DNA of 64,000 bases, from the NCBI GenBank assembly GCA_963733035.1, contig CAVTBU010000002.1, positions 1 through 64,000 of the forward strand, read 5' to 3'. Under the pieces are notes generated by a model. It was not told the origin of the DNA, made no database searches, and saw only the letters and a program-made list of their open reading frames with translations. A program made the position numbers and the translations under genes. How positions within the stretch are numbered: position 1 is the first letter of the stretch; every line of letters starts with the position of its first letter. This document shows, one piece after another, positions 20,880-30,891 of this stretch. This DNA comes from Pirellulales bacterium. Lineage in GTDB: Bacteria; Planctomycetota; Planctomycetia; Pirellulales; PALSA-1355.

Positions 20880-21866
20880 ATGACTTGGCTCGTCGATGCG
20901 TTGAACCGCTGCGGAACAGTCTGGGCTTCGCTCGTGGGAGTAGCCCTGTGGCAATCAACCATCGTCGCCATCCTGGTCGCCATGGCCGCGTGGGCACTGC
21001 GGCGCTCGTCGCCCGCGGTGCGCTTTTGGCTCTGGCAACTCGTGGCCATCAAGCTGCTACTCGTTCCGCTGGGAACCTGGTCGGTGGGCCTATCGTGGCT
21101 TCCGGCTATCGAGCCCAGTCCCGCGCAAGTGGAGCTAGCCGCGATTGTGGCGGAGCCCTCCCCTGCTCCGCCGCTCGACATGCCCACGAAGCAGGAACCA
21201 AAACCGGCCGCAAGTCTTGCGTCCGTTGCTTCGGCAACATCGGTTCAACCGGTCACGTTTCGCGACCTGACGTGGCAAGGCTGGTTGTTTGCTGGTTGGA
21301 CGGTGATCGTGGCAATGCTTGGTTTTCGGTTGTGGCTACAGCGGCATCGCCTGAACGCATTGCTACGCGCCACGACAGATGCCGACGAGGCCCTTTGCAG
21401 CGTCGTCGCCCAGGTGGCCGAGCAACTGGGCCTCAAGAACCCGCCCCGGGTGCGGATCACCAACTTGGATTGCTCGCCCTTCGTATGCGGCCTGCTGCGG
21501 CCAAGCATCGTGCTGCCCAAGTCGCTCGTGGGGGAACTCACCGCGGCTGAACTGCGACAGATACTCGCCCACGAACTGGCGCACCTCAAGCGGCACGACC
21601 TGACGTGGGGCTGGATCGCCGAGATTGCCCGTGTGGCGTACTTCTTCCATCCGGTCATTCACTGGGCGAGCTACCGCATTCGTCTGGAACGCGAACTGGC
21701 CTGCGACCAAATCGCGATCCAGCACAGCGGCCGCACCCCGATCCAATATGCCGAAACACTAGTGCGGGTGCTGAGCGCCGCCTCGCTGCCGAGTTCGCTT
21801 CGCGGGGCGGTCGCCTCACTCGATGGCGGTGCGCCACCGCGCGGACATGAGGGGCCTAAATCATGA
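20880..21866 (+). CDS. M56 (BlaR1-like) membrane metalloprotease lacking C-terminal TM and sensor
   Basis: TM segments, SPFVCGLLRPSIVLP, HELAHLKRHD, YFFHP, ERELACD, YAETLVRV, then stop. Confidence 0.92.
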   Translation: MTWLVDALNRCGTVWASLVGVALWQSTIVAILVAMAAWALRRSSPAVRFWLWQLVAIKLLLVPLGTWSVGLSWLPAIEPSPAQVELAAIVAEPSPAPPLDMPTKQEPKPAASLASVASATSVQPVTFRDLTWQGWLFAGWTVIVAMLGFRLWLQRHRLNALLRATTDADEALCSVVAQVAEQLGLKNPPRVRITNLDCSPFVCGLLRPSIVLPKSLVGELTAAELRQILAHELAHLKRHDLTWGWIAEIARVAYFFHPVIHWASYRIRLERELACDQIAIQHSGRTPIQYAETLVRVLSAASLPSSLRGAVASLDGGAPPRGHEGPKS

Positions 21867-22010
21867 GCCGCACAAAGTCTGCGAAGCGAATCAAACGACG
21901 AGAGGCTTCCTTCGGCCCCTGGGCCACGGCGCTGGACATCGAGCCTGGCGCCGCATTGAGCACCTTTTGGCAGAGGAGAATGGCAATGTTGGCGATGCTA
22001 GACAGGAGCG
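21777..22010 (+). repeat. 234-bp direct repeat, copy 1
   Basis: Matches 23012-23245 with about 10 substitutions and no indels (counted by eye). Confidence 0.95.
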
Positions 22011-22852
22011 ACTTGAAACCTTCCTGGCGGTTGCAGTTGTTCCTGGTGTTCGTCGGAGCAGGCTTGCTGGCTCTGCCCGCGGTTTACCTTTCGCGGGCGG
22101 AAATGGCGTACGCAGGTGCCGCGACAAATTTCGGGGGTGCACGTCGGAGTGATCCGGAATCGGCCGAATCTACGTTCAACACGCAAGCCGAAACCACGAA
22201 GACCATCGTTCCCGCGCTCGATATTAAGTTGCCCGACCCCGGCGCCGAGTACTACCCGAAGCCGAGCGAAGCCGAGCAGCGGATTGCGGATGCCTTTGAA
22301 ATGAATGCGTCTTTCGAGTTTGTCGAGACACCCTTGATTGGCGTCGCAATGGCGATTCAAGAGAAGCTGGGTGGGGATGTCGAGATCCAACTAGACAACC
22401 GGGCTCTTCAGGACGCCGGCATCCGCGATGATTCGCCGGTAACGCGTAAAATCAAGGATTTACCAGTTCGAACCGCCCTGCAACTCATTCTCAACGAATA
22501 CGATCTCACTTACCTGCTTCGCGAGGAAATGATCCTCATCACGTCCCAGGACAAAGCCGAAACGGAGTTGATCACCCGGACCTATCCAGTAGGCGACTTG
22601 ATCCCCTTGATGCCGGTGCAATCAATTTCTGGAGGAGGACGGGAGAAAGCTCGTAGCGGATACGAAACATTGATCGAGGCCATTACCACGACGGTCCGCC
22701 AGGACACATGGCAGGAAGTGGGAGGGCCGGGAACTATCGTTCCCGTGTCGGTGTCACACAGCCTCGTGATTTCCCAGACTAGTGACGTTCACGAGGCCGT
22801 GCTGGAACTGCTTCGCGCGCTGCGGGCCGCAAAGCAAGATTCAACGAGATGA
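21863..22852 (+). CDS. membrane-anchored secretin-N-like module 1 (alternative start 21980)
   Basis: FWQRRMAM, TM LLALPAVYLSR, FVETPL..TRTYPVGDL..WQEVGGPG..SLVISQT; ATGA overlap with M56 gene. Confidence 0.85.
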   Translation: MSRTKSAKRIKRREASFGPWATALDIEPGAALSTFWQRRMAMLAMLDRSDLKPSWRLQLFLVFVGAGLLALPAVYLSRAEMAYAGAATNFGGARRSDPESAESTFNTQAETTKTIVPALDIKLPDPGAEYYPKPSEAEQRIADAFEMNASFEFVETPLIGVAMAIQEKLGGDVEIQLDNRALQDAGIRDDSPVTRKIKDLPVRTALQLILNEYDLTYLLREEMILITSQDKAETELITRTYPVGDLIPLMPVQSISGGGREKARSGYETLIEAITTTVRQDTWQEVGGPGTIVPVSVSHSLVISQTSDVHEAVLELLRALRAAKQDSTR

Positions 22853-22956
22853 GTCGGGGAGGTGCGTCGAAGACCATTGCGTAAGGGGAATTTCTACCGG
22901 CCCTACGTGGCGGCCGTCTTGCCGGCAACCGACGTGCAGGTTTGTAACAGAGGAGA

Positions 22957-23085
22957 ATGGCAATGGCAGCAAATCTAGGAACAAAGAGCGGTCGGGCGGT
23001 GTGGCGTCAATGCCGCCTCGCTGCCGAGTTCGCTTCGCGGGGTGGTCGCCTCGCTCGACTGCGGCGCGCCACCGCGCGGAAATGA
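22957..23085 (+). pseudogene. interrupted start of a further module
   Basis: Same CAGAGGAGAATGGCAATG start, MAMAANLGTKSGRAVWR, then runs into repeat copy 2. Confidence 0.55.
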
Positions 23086-23245
23086 GGGACATGAATCATG
23101 AGCCGCACAAAGTCTGCGAAGCGAATCAAACGACGAGAGGCTTCCTTCGGCCCCTGGGCCACGGCGCTGGACACCGAGCCTGGCGCCGCATTGAGCACCT
23201 TTTGGCAGAGGAGAATGGCAATGTTGGCGATGCTAGACAGGAGCG
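23012..23245 (+). repeat. 234-bp direct repeat, copy 2
   Basis: Copy of the last 90 bp of the M56 gene plus the start of module 1. Confidence 0.95.
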
Positions 23246-24120
23246 GCGGTCGGATAACCTGGCGTTCACGCGTGTTTCTTGCGATGACTGGGCTGGCGCT
23301 GCTCGCGCTGCCGGCGGTGTACTTGTCGCGACAGGAGTCGGCACATGCCGAAAGCCCATCACAAAACCAGTCGGCGGACCAATCAAACGTCTTCGCGCTG
23401 GACGAGAAGTCTGCACGGGAGAGCCCCACCGACAACCCGTTCGCCAGTCGGACGTTCGAAGCAAGTCGCCAAATAGCCAGCTCGGTCGCTGCGCGGCCCA
23501 CCGCTGAGTTCTTTCCCAAGCCCAGCGAAGATGAGCAGAGCCTGCAGGCGGCCTTGGAAAAACGCGGCGGGTTTGATTTCGTGCAAATGCCGTTAAGTGA
23601 CGCGATGGCCTTTATCCAAGATGCCCATGAATTGCAGATCCAGCTCGATACACGCGCCTTGGAAGAAGCCGGCGTCGGATCCGACACTCCGATTAACTTG
23701 AAAGCCGAAGGCATCCCGGTTCGCTCGGCGTTGCGGCTCCTCCTCGACGATCACGACTTGAGCTACATCATCCGCGAGGGGTTACTGTTGATAACGACCG
23801 AAGACAAAGCCGCGATGGAGTTCGTTACCCGCACTTATCCGGTGGGCGACTTAGTGCCGGAGACTCCGGTCGAATCGATTCCGGGTGGCGGCAGGGGCAA
23901 ACCTCGCACGGGCTACGAAACGCTAGTCGAGGCCATCACCAGCACCATCTACCCTCAAAGCTGGCAGGAATTGGGGGGCGCGGCATCGATCGTACCGGTT
24001 CCCGTCTCCCGGAGTCTCGTGATTTCGCAGACGCGCGACGCGCACGACGAAGTGCTGGAACTGCTTCGCTCGCTACGGACGGCAAAACAGGAAGGCTCGA
24101 CCACGGGAACTAGCGATTAA
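23098..24120 (+). CDS. membrane-anchored secretin-N-like module 2 (alternative start 23215)
   Basis: Paralog of 21863-22852 with near-identical N-terminus. Confidence 0.85.
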   Translation: MSRTKSAKRIKRREASFGPWATALDTEPGAALSTFWQRRMAMLAMLDRSGGRITWRSRVFLAMTGLALLALPAVYLSRQESAHAESPSQNQSADQSNVFALDEKSARESPTDNPFASRTFEASRQIASSVAARPTAEFFPKPSEDEQSLQAALEKRGGFDFVQMPLSDAMAFIQDAHELQIQLDTRALEEAGVGSDTPINLKAEGIPVRSALRLLLDDHDLSYIIREGLLLITTEDKAAMEFVTRTYPVGDLVPETPVESIPGGGRGKPRTGYETLVEAITSTIYPQSWQELGGAASIVPVPVSRSLVISQTRDAHDEVLELLRSLRTAKQEGSTTGTSD

Positions 24121-24149
24121 AAATCGGAACACCTTTTTGGAAGAGGAGC

Positions 24150-25112
24150 ATGGCAATGGCAACGACCTTCGAAAACCACAGCCCGAGCACAAAGTGGCGT
24201 TTCCGGATCCTGCTGGCCGTTGTCGGGCTGGCACTGCTCGCACTGCCGGCAGCTTATCTGTCGCGAGTCACGCTGGCGCAGACGGAGAGTTCGAAACCGG
24301 CGGCCGACCAACAACAAGCCGTCCCGACAGGGCAGATCAGCGAAACCGAAACAGAGATTGACGTGAAACTCGTAGCGTCGCCCACACCGGCGCGCACTCT
24401 GCCCGAACCGAACATCGAGTACTTTCCCGAGCCCAGCCAGCGCGAGCGGCAAATCACCGATGGTTTGGACCAGAAGGCCTCGTTCGAGTTCGTCGAGACG
24501 CCGCTGATCGGTGTCGCCCAGGCGATCGAAGAGAAGTTGGGAGGCAAGGTCGAAATTCAATTGGACTATCGGGCGCTTGAAGATGCGGGAGTCGGCAGCG
24601 ATACACCACTGACTCGCAACGTCAAGGATATGTCCGTGGGTGCGGCGCTCCGTTTGTTGCTTGGTGACCTCGATCTCACTTATCTGATTCAAGACGAAAT
24701 GATTCTCATCACGACGCAGGATAAAGCGGAAACGGCATTGATCACCCGCACCTATCCGGTCGGTGACCTGGTGCCAGAATTTCCGGCTGCGCCCGTTCCA
24801 GGGGGCACGAACGGTGGTGCGAAAGGCGGCGGGATGTTTTCCGTACCCGATCGCGCCAACTGGCTCGCTCAAATGGCCGGAAGAACCTCAAAAACGTCGC
24901 GACCTAGTGCTCCATATCGCCGCGACTACGATTCGCTGATCAATGCGATTACAACCACGGTCTACGCGGCAACCTGGGATGATGTTGGCGGGCCGGGCTC
25001 GATCGTGCCGGTGCCAGTCTCGCATGCATTGGTTATATCGCAAACCGCGGAAGTGCATGGTGCCGTGCTCGAATTGCTTCGCGCACTGCGCAGCCAAACG
25101 CGAAGCCGGTGA
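24150..25112 (+). CDS. membrane-anchored secretin-N-like module 3
   Basis: MAMA..KWR..LALLALPAAYLSR; same domain motifs as modules 1 and 2. Confidence 0.85.
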   Translation: MAMATTFENHSPSTKWRFRILLAVVGLALLALPAAYLSRVTLAQTESSKPAADQQQAVPTGQISETETEIDVKLVASPTPARTLPEPNIEYFPEPSQRERQITDGLDQKASFEFVETPLIGVAQAIEEKLGGKVEIQLDYRALEDAGVGSDTPLTRNVKDMSVGAALRLLLGDLDLTYLIQDEMILITTQDKAETALITRTYPVGDLVPEFPAAPVPGGTNGGAKGGGMFSVPDRANWLAQMAGRTSKTSRPSAPYRRDYDSLINAITTTVYAATWDDVGGPGSIVPVPVSHALVISQTAEVHGAVLELLRALRSQTRSR

Positions 25113-25144
25113 AGCGGGCTGACACGTACGGCTGGCATTGGATC

Positions 25145-25777
25145 TCACGGCTTGCGAAAACAGGCTGTGTAGGTCCAGAAACCCCCTTCAACGCGCTCGG
25201 GAGCAAAGCCCGCGGCCTGGGCCAGTTCGCGAACTTTGCTTCGCGACTGATAGTGTGGGTCTCCCTTGATTTCGGTGATCGCCAGGCTTCCGCCGGGCTT
25301 GAGCACTCGGAAACATTCGGCCAGTGCCGCCGCACGGTCGGGCACCTCTCCCAACACCGTGCACAGGAACGCCAGATCGACCGAGTCCGAATCGAGCTGC
25401 AGCTTCGTCGCATCGCCAACCTGCGTCGTGAGATTGGTGACCCCGGCCCGCTTCGCCCGGGCGTTCAAACGCTCGATCATTTTCGCTTGCAGGTCGATGC
25501 CGATCGCCCGGCCCCCAGGCAAGATGCGAAACGACGCGGGAATGAGCAATCGTCCCGGCCCGGGTCCAACCTCCAAAATGGTTTGTCCCGGCCGCAGCCG
25601 CATTCGCTCGAGCGTGCGGTTCGTACCGGCCACCAGATCGACCAGCGAGCCTTCCAGCCACCAACTGAACAGCGAAGGACACGGCAATTGCCAGCGTCGA
25701 CTGGCAAATCGCCACGCAAGGCTCACCAGTACGAAGCCCACTACAAGTATCAACAGGGTGACGATCGCAAACTTCAT
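25145..25777 (-). CDS. class I SAM-dependent methyltransferase with N-terminal TM
   Basis: ILEVGPGPG, VGDAT, RVLKPGG. Confidence 0.88.
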   Translation of the reverse strand: MKFAIVTLLILVVGFVLVSLAWRFASRRWQLPCPSLFSWWLEGSLVDLVAGTNRTLERMRLRPGQTILEVGPGPGRLLIPASFRILPGGRAIGIDLQAKMIERLNARAKRAGVTNLTTQVGDATKLQLDSDSVDLAFLCTVLGEVPDRAAALAECFRVLKPGGSLAITEIKGDPHYQSRSKVRELAQAAGFAPERVEGGFWTYTACFRKP

Positions 25778-25806
25778 TGATTGGCCCCACGCGCGTGCGG
25801 TTGTGC

Positions 25807-27220
25807 TCAGTCCGCGGATCCACGCGGCCCACGAGCGATCCGCTGGAGTTCTTCCTCGCCGAGGGCTCGCGTCCAGACGGCCGCCTGCTGCATTTGTCCG
25901 GTGAATGGCCGTACGACCTGGTCCCCGTCGGTTTCGGCGCCAATCAACAGCGGCTCGGAGTTTTGCGTGAGATTGCCTCCGGCAGGCTCGGCGGCCAACC
26001 GTTGACCATCGCAATAGAGGGCGAGCATCTCACCGTCGTAGCGACCAACCAGATCGTGCCAAGCGGTGGCATCAATTTCCGAGATGGGGAACGCGACCTG
26101 AAAGAAGCCCTCGTCGGTGTGAATTTCGAAGCCGATATCCGTCCCCGGCTCGCCGGACAAATCCACGCCAAAGAGGTTAAAGTTCATGCGGTCGTGACCA
26201 CCACGTTTGGCAAACAGGGCCTGCGACCAGTTGCCGTCTGGCACGCGGGCGCGCAAATATACCGTCAACTGGTCGCCCGGCGTGTTCCAATCCTGGCCGG
26301 CATCGAACCAGCCCTGCTCCAACACGGCCACCGGCAGGTCGTCTCGTGCATGCTCACCTGAAGGAGCCACCTGCGTCGCAATTTGGCCGTGCGTTGCGAG
26401 CGGCGGCTGATGTGTTTCGGGCCGATCGCCCAGCGTCCAATACAGCGCGGCAGTGTCAAACAATCGCTCGTACGGCGTGGCCTCTGGCTGGCGTGGCAAC
26501 TGCTTGAGCCGCAGGCTGCGAAACTGTGCCTTCATCGGCGGGCCGGTATGAAGCTGCATTGCCAGCACGCCCGCGGGCTCAAACTGCTGCGGGTCTGCGT
26601 CCAGGCAGTCGGCCACGAGCTTGCCGTTGATTTTCAGCGACAAATGGGGGCCATCGGCAATCAAATGGTACTGGTGCCACTGGTCAAGCCGGAAGTCACG
26701 CGCGCCGGGAACAAGTTCCAAAGGTTCAATGTGCCGCTTGCCGTCGGCGTCGAAGCGGGTTCGCTCGCCTTCCAGCGCCAGGTTATGCCGGCCGAATTCG
26801 TCGTACAGCCTCACCTTCCATGGCTGCCCAAAGTTGTTGTCGACCTGGTAGCCGGCCACGTCGCCGTTGGGCGTCCTCCGACTGCGAAACTGGAAACCGC
26901 CGTTGGTGTTCGGCGTGGTGGACCCCGTCAGGCGAAACTCAAGCTTCAACTCGAAGTTCTCGACGAGCTGGGGCTGATACACAAGATACTGATTCATCGG
27001 TGGCGCATGCTCTGGCGCGATGGTGCCGGTAATCGCCTCGTCCTCGACGCTCCAGAAGCTCATATCTTGTCCACGCCAGCCATCGAGCGTGCGACCATCG
27101 AAGATTGGCACGAACCCGTCGTTTGCCGCTTGCTCGTCCGCAGCCTGCGCAGCGAACGAACGCGGAAACCGCGACCCAGATGGCTAACACTCTCGTTAAG
27201 TGCCGAAGGCTGCAAAACAT
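25807..27220 (-). CDS. DUF1080 + LamG-like secreted protein; signal peptide offset by a frameshift near 27155
   Basis: PIFDGRTLDGW, NFELKLEF, NGGFQFRS, LQLH-type motif, WHDLVGRYDG. Confidence 0.8.
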
Positions 27221-27492
27221 TTGTGAGTAATCCTGAATTGAACCGGACAGCGATAGCGAACCTCCGCCGGCGGCTGACCGTCTGCCTGTCGACTAGATTA
27301 GCCTCAGGTGCGACAGATGAACAGACTTGGATCGGTCTGTACGCTTGTGCGGTGGACATTGAGTACACCCGACTTTGATTGACATTGGGGCACCGTTCGG
27401 GCAAGTTTGTGTATTCGGTCATCGCCGCCCCAAGCGCGGTCCGCATGCACGTCGTTTTGTCTCGTCACGGTCCTATGACCACGGAGCCCGGT

Positions 27493-29125
27493 ATGAACAC
27501 CCTACGAATCGTGCTGACGATCGGCCTGCTTAGCAGTTGCTCCACCGTGCTGGCTCAGCATAACGCCGCTAAACCCAGCACCCCGATACCGCCGCTGATG
27601 GAAGGCCTTGGCCCGGCCGATCACAAGATCACGACCGCCGATCCGGTGGCCCAGGCGTATTTCAACCAGGGGCTGCGGCTGATGTTTGCGTTCAATCACG
27701 ACGAGGCCATCAGGGCCTTCCGCGCTGCCAAAACAATCGACCCGGATTGTGCGATGGCACAGTGGGGCATTGCCGTCGCGCTGGGGCCGAACTACAACCT
27801 CGCGGCGGACCCTGAAAAGGCCGAGGCAACCGTGACCGCTCTGCGCAAGGCACAGCAACTGGTCAAGGATGCCACACCGCAGGAACAAGCCTATGTCGCG
27901 GCCCTGTCGAAACGGTATTCGGAGAATCCCAAGGCCGACCGCCAGGCCCTTGACAGGGCCTATGCCGATGCGATGTGCGACTTGTCAAAACAATATCCTG
28001 ACGACTTGGACGCCGCCGTGTTGGCAGCCGAAGCGATGATGCAACTGCGGCCCTGGGATCTGTGGACCGCCGACGGCGGCACGCCGCTTCCCGGCACGGA
28101 AGAAATCGTCGCCATTCTCGAGGACGTGCTGGCGCAACCCAAAGCACACCGGGGCCAATCACTATCACATTCACGCTTGTGAGGCATCACAACATCCGGA
28201 GCGGGCGCTGCCCAGCGCCCGGCGGCTGGGCGGGCTGGCTCCGGGAGCCGGCCACCTGGTGCACATGCCTTCACACATCTACTTTCGGCTGGGCATGTAT
28301 GACGATGCCGCCAAGGCCAATCGCCAGGCCATCGAAGTCGACGAGGCATACATCGCCCGCTGTAAACCGACTGGTCCGTATCCGATGATGTACTACCCCC
28401 ACAATATTCATTTCCTGTGGGCGGCGCTGTCGATGGAAGGCCGCAGCGCGGATGCGATCGCCGCGGCCACCCGGCTTTCGAAAAAGCTGACTCCCGAGAT
28501 GGCCAAGGAAATGGCGATGGTCGAGTATTTCCTACCCGTGCGGTGGTACGCGCTGACCAGGTTCCAAAAGTGGGACGACATGCTGAAGGAAGACGGACCG
28601 CCCGAAGAGTTCACCTTCGCCCGCGGCATGTGGCATTACGGGCGCGGCAAGGCCTTCGTCGGCAAGGGGCAAACAGCCGAGGCCGAGGCGGAAATGAAGG
28701 CTCTCGAGAAGAACCTGGCGGCAACTCCACAGGACTTCAAACTGATGCGGCATTCCGCAGCGCGGCTGTTGGGCATCGCCGAAAACGACCTGGCAGCGGA
28801 CCTGGCCATGGCGGCCGGCCGCACAGACGACGCCATCGCCCGGCTGCGCGTGGCCGTGCTATTGCAAGACCAACTGCTCTATGACGAGCCGCCCCCCTGG
28901 TACTACTCGGAGCGCGAAGCGCTCGGCCGTCGGCTACTTGAAGCCGGTAAACCGGACGAGGCCGAAGCGGTCTTCCGCCAAGACCTCAAACGCCATCCGC
29001 ACAGCGCATGGGCACTCTACGGACTGGAAAGAAGTCTTCGGACCCAGAAACGCGCCGACGAAGCCGATGCCGCGAAAGCCGAGTTCGACAAAGCATGGCA
29101 GCGGGCAGACATCGATCCGCGCTGA
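27493..29125 (+). CDS. secreted TPR protein, frameshifted near 28135
   Basis: AQAYFNQGLRLMFAFNHDEA..WGIAVALGPNYN; HTGANHYHIH..HLVHMPSHIY; YDEPPPW. Confidence 0.82.
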
Positions 29126-29135
29126 TCGGGCGTGC

Positions 29136-29531
29136 TTAGGCGGCCTTGACCAGCGCCGGCAGTGCAACCGGCTGAACCACAGGCGCTTGGGCCTCTGGTA
29201 AGAGCGAGAGTGCGGCAACTACGACGTCCGCCTCCAGCTCAAAGAACATCGCAACTTGACGAACCGTGCATTCCCGCAGTTCGACGATCGACCGCAGGGC
29301 CTTGGCCCGGGCGTTTAGAGCCTGGAAGTCGCAAACCAAAATGGCGATGGCTTCCGCCTCCCAGCGTTCGGCCTGCCGCTGCTCGGCGACGTTGCCTGCA
29401 AGGGAAGCAAACAGGTGTGGAAAACGTTGGCACCGTTTTCGCCATTGGTGAACTGGCGCCGTGCCGGAGGTGGTCTTTTTGTTCATCGCTTCTGGTTGCC
29501 CGATTCGCTTCCGCCTCGAAGGACACATCAT
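29136..29531 (-). CDS. hypothetical protein
   Basis: Plausible helical ORF, convergent on the TPR gene. Confidence 0.4.
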   Translation of the reverse strand: MMCPSRRKRIGQPEAMNKKTTSGTAPVHQWRKRCQRFPHLFASLAGNVAEQRQAERWEAEAIAILVCDFQALNARAKALRSIVELRECTVRQVAMFFELEADVVVAALSLLPEAQAPVVQPVALPALVKAA

Positions 29532-29734
29532 CGTGTGGCAGCTCTTGCAAGCGAACTTGAGTCGAAACTGTCACGCGATTCTAGTTTGTTTATCGACTCG
29601 GCCCGTTTCGAGTCGTGAGCACAAAGGCGTTCGCAGTAAGCATTTCGGCTCGTGGCTCTAGTGTTTGTCGGCAAGCTGACGAATTTACAGAAACTGCGAA
29701 TTCGGGCGGTTTGTACGGTGGCTCCGCAATATCG

Positions 29735-29860
29735 GTCCCCCGATTCAAATCAATCCGCACCTTCTTCGTTTGCCTTCCGACCGCCACGATGTCTGGCCGG
29801 TCGTCGCCGCTAAGGTCTCCGCAGGCCAGATTTTCGATCGCGGCACGACCGCGATCAACT
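29735..29860 (-). pseudogene. FG-GAP/VCBS repeat C-terminal remnant (limits approximate)
   Basis: ENLACGDLSGDDRPDIVAVGRQTKKVRI. Confidence 0.5.
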
Positions 29861-30269
29861 GATTGCTTGCTCGACCGGGGCTGGCACGGGCGGTTTTGCC
29901 AGCGTGGTACCGAGGGATTGCGAGTTCGAAGGCTACATGGATTGAGACGGGCGTTGCTATCACGGATGCCGACGAGGTGGACGAACCGCACGACGTATTT
30001 CCAATCGAGTGGAACGTCGGGAATTGGCCATGTCCGTACCGGCGGCTCCCCCCCTGGCTGGAGCGGTTCGAATCGGGCAGTTCTCTCGGGATGCCAGCCG
30101 GCCGTGTGAAAGCGTCACAATGGAAGAGAAAACCGCACTTCTTGAAGTCGGGACGCATGCTGCGATACCATGACGATCAACGGTGATCTACGTGTGAGCA
30201 ACGAAGGCGGCATGCTCGCATCGGACAAGTAATCAAATAGACCAACTCGATACCGATGGAGAAACCGCC

Positions 30270-30782
30270 ATGCGAATCCTGACTTCGATCGTGATTGTGG
30301 CCGCGATGTTGGCCAGTTGCCAAACCACCATGGCCCAGCGAAGTGCCGGCAGCAAGATCACTGGCACAGCCTACGAGTACCCCTATTTCTATCAGTCGGC
30401 CGGTGCGTACCAGGATAGTGCCTACCAGCACGCCGACCTGTTGCGCGAAACCACGAGCTACGGCCAGCCAATCCCGCAAGCCATTGCCCAAGAGCACACG
30501 GCAGCCATCCGACAAAACATCCAAGCGGCCAACAAAAAGTACGCGGCCTTGCGCAAGCTGGCCGGCGATCATACCCAGGTGAACAAGCATCTCGACGCGA
30601 TCGATGCCTACCACAAGACCGTGCTCGAGCATGCCAACAAGATCGACGCCCAAGTCAAGAACGGTCCTGGCGATGCCGCGGCGGTCGGAGCCGCCAGTCA
30701 CGCCGCTGCCGAAGCGCTGAAGAGTGCGCAGGCCGAGCACGAAAAATTGATGCAGTATTTTGCGAAACCGCCTGCCAAGTAG
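30270..30782 (+). CDS. secreted helical hypothetical protein
   Basis: RBS GGAG, signal peptide, Ala/His-rich helices. Confidence 0.8.
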   Translation: MRILTSIVIVAAMLASCQTTMAQRSAGSKITGTAYEYPYFYQSAGAYQDSAYQHADLLRETTSYGQPIPQAIAQEHTAAIRQNIQAANKKYAALRKLAGDHTQVNKHLDAIDAYHKTVLEHANKIDAQVKNGPGDAAAVGAASHAAAEALKSAQAEHEKLMQYFAKPPAK

Positions 30783-30891
30783 GAACTGGCTGGCGGGCCA
30801 ATACGGATATCGCGACAATCCGTTCCAACGCGACGCATACCATCGTCGCCAGCAAAGTCCCCATCGCAAGCGACACGTGCCGCCGCTTCCG

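Noticed and set aside
21840..21870. M56/module break as a sequencing frameshift
   Set aside because: Clean ATGA overlap preserved in both diverged repeat copies, and module 3 has its own RBS; reads are still needed to exclude it fully
21777..23245. Repeat pair as DGR template/variable region or CRISPR
   Set aside because: No reverse transcriptase or cas genes, mismatches are not adenine-specific, and there are only two long copies
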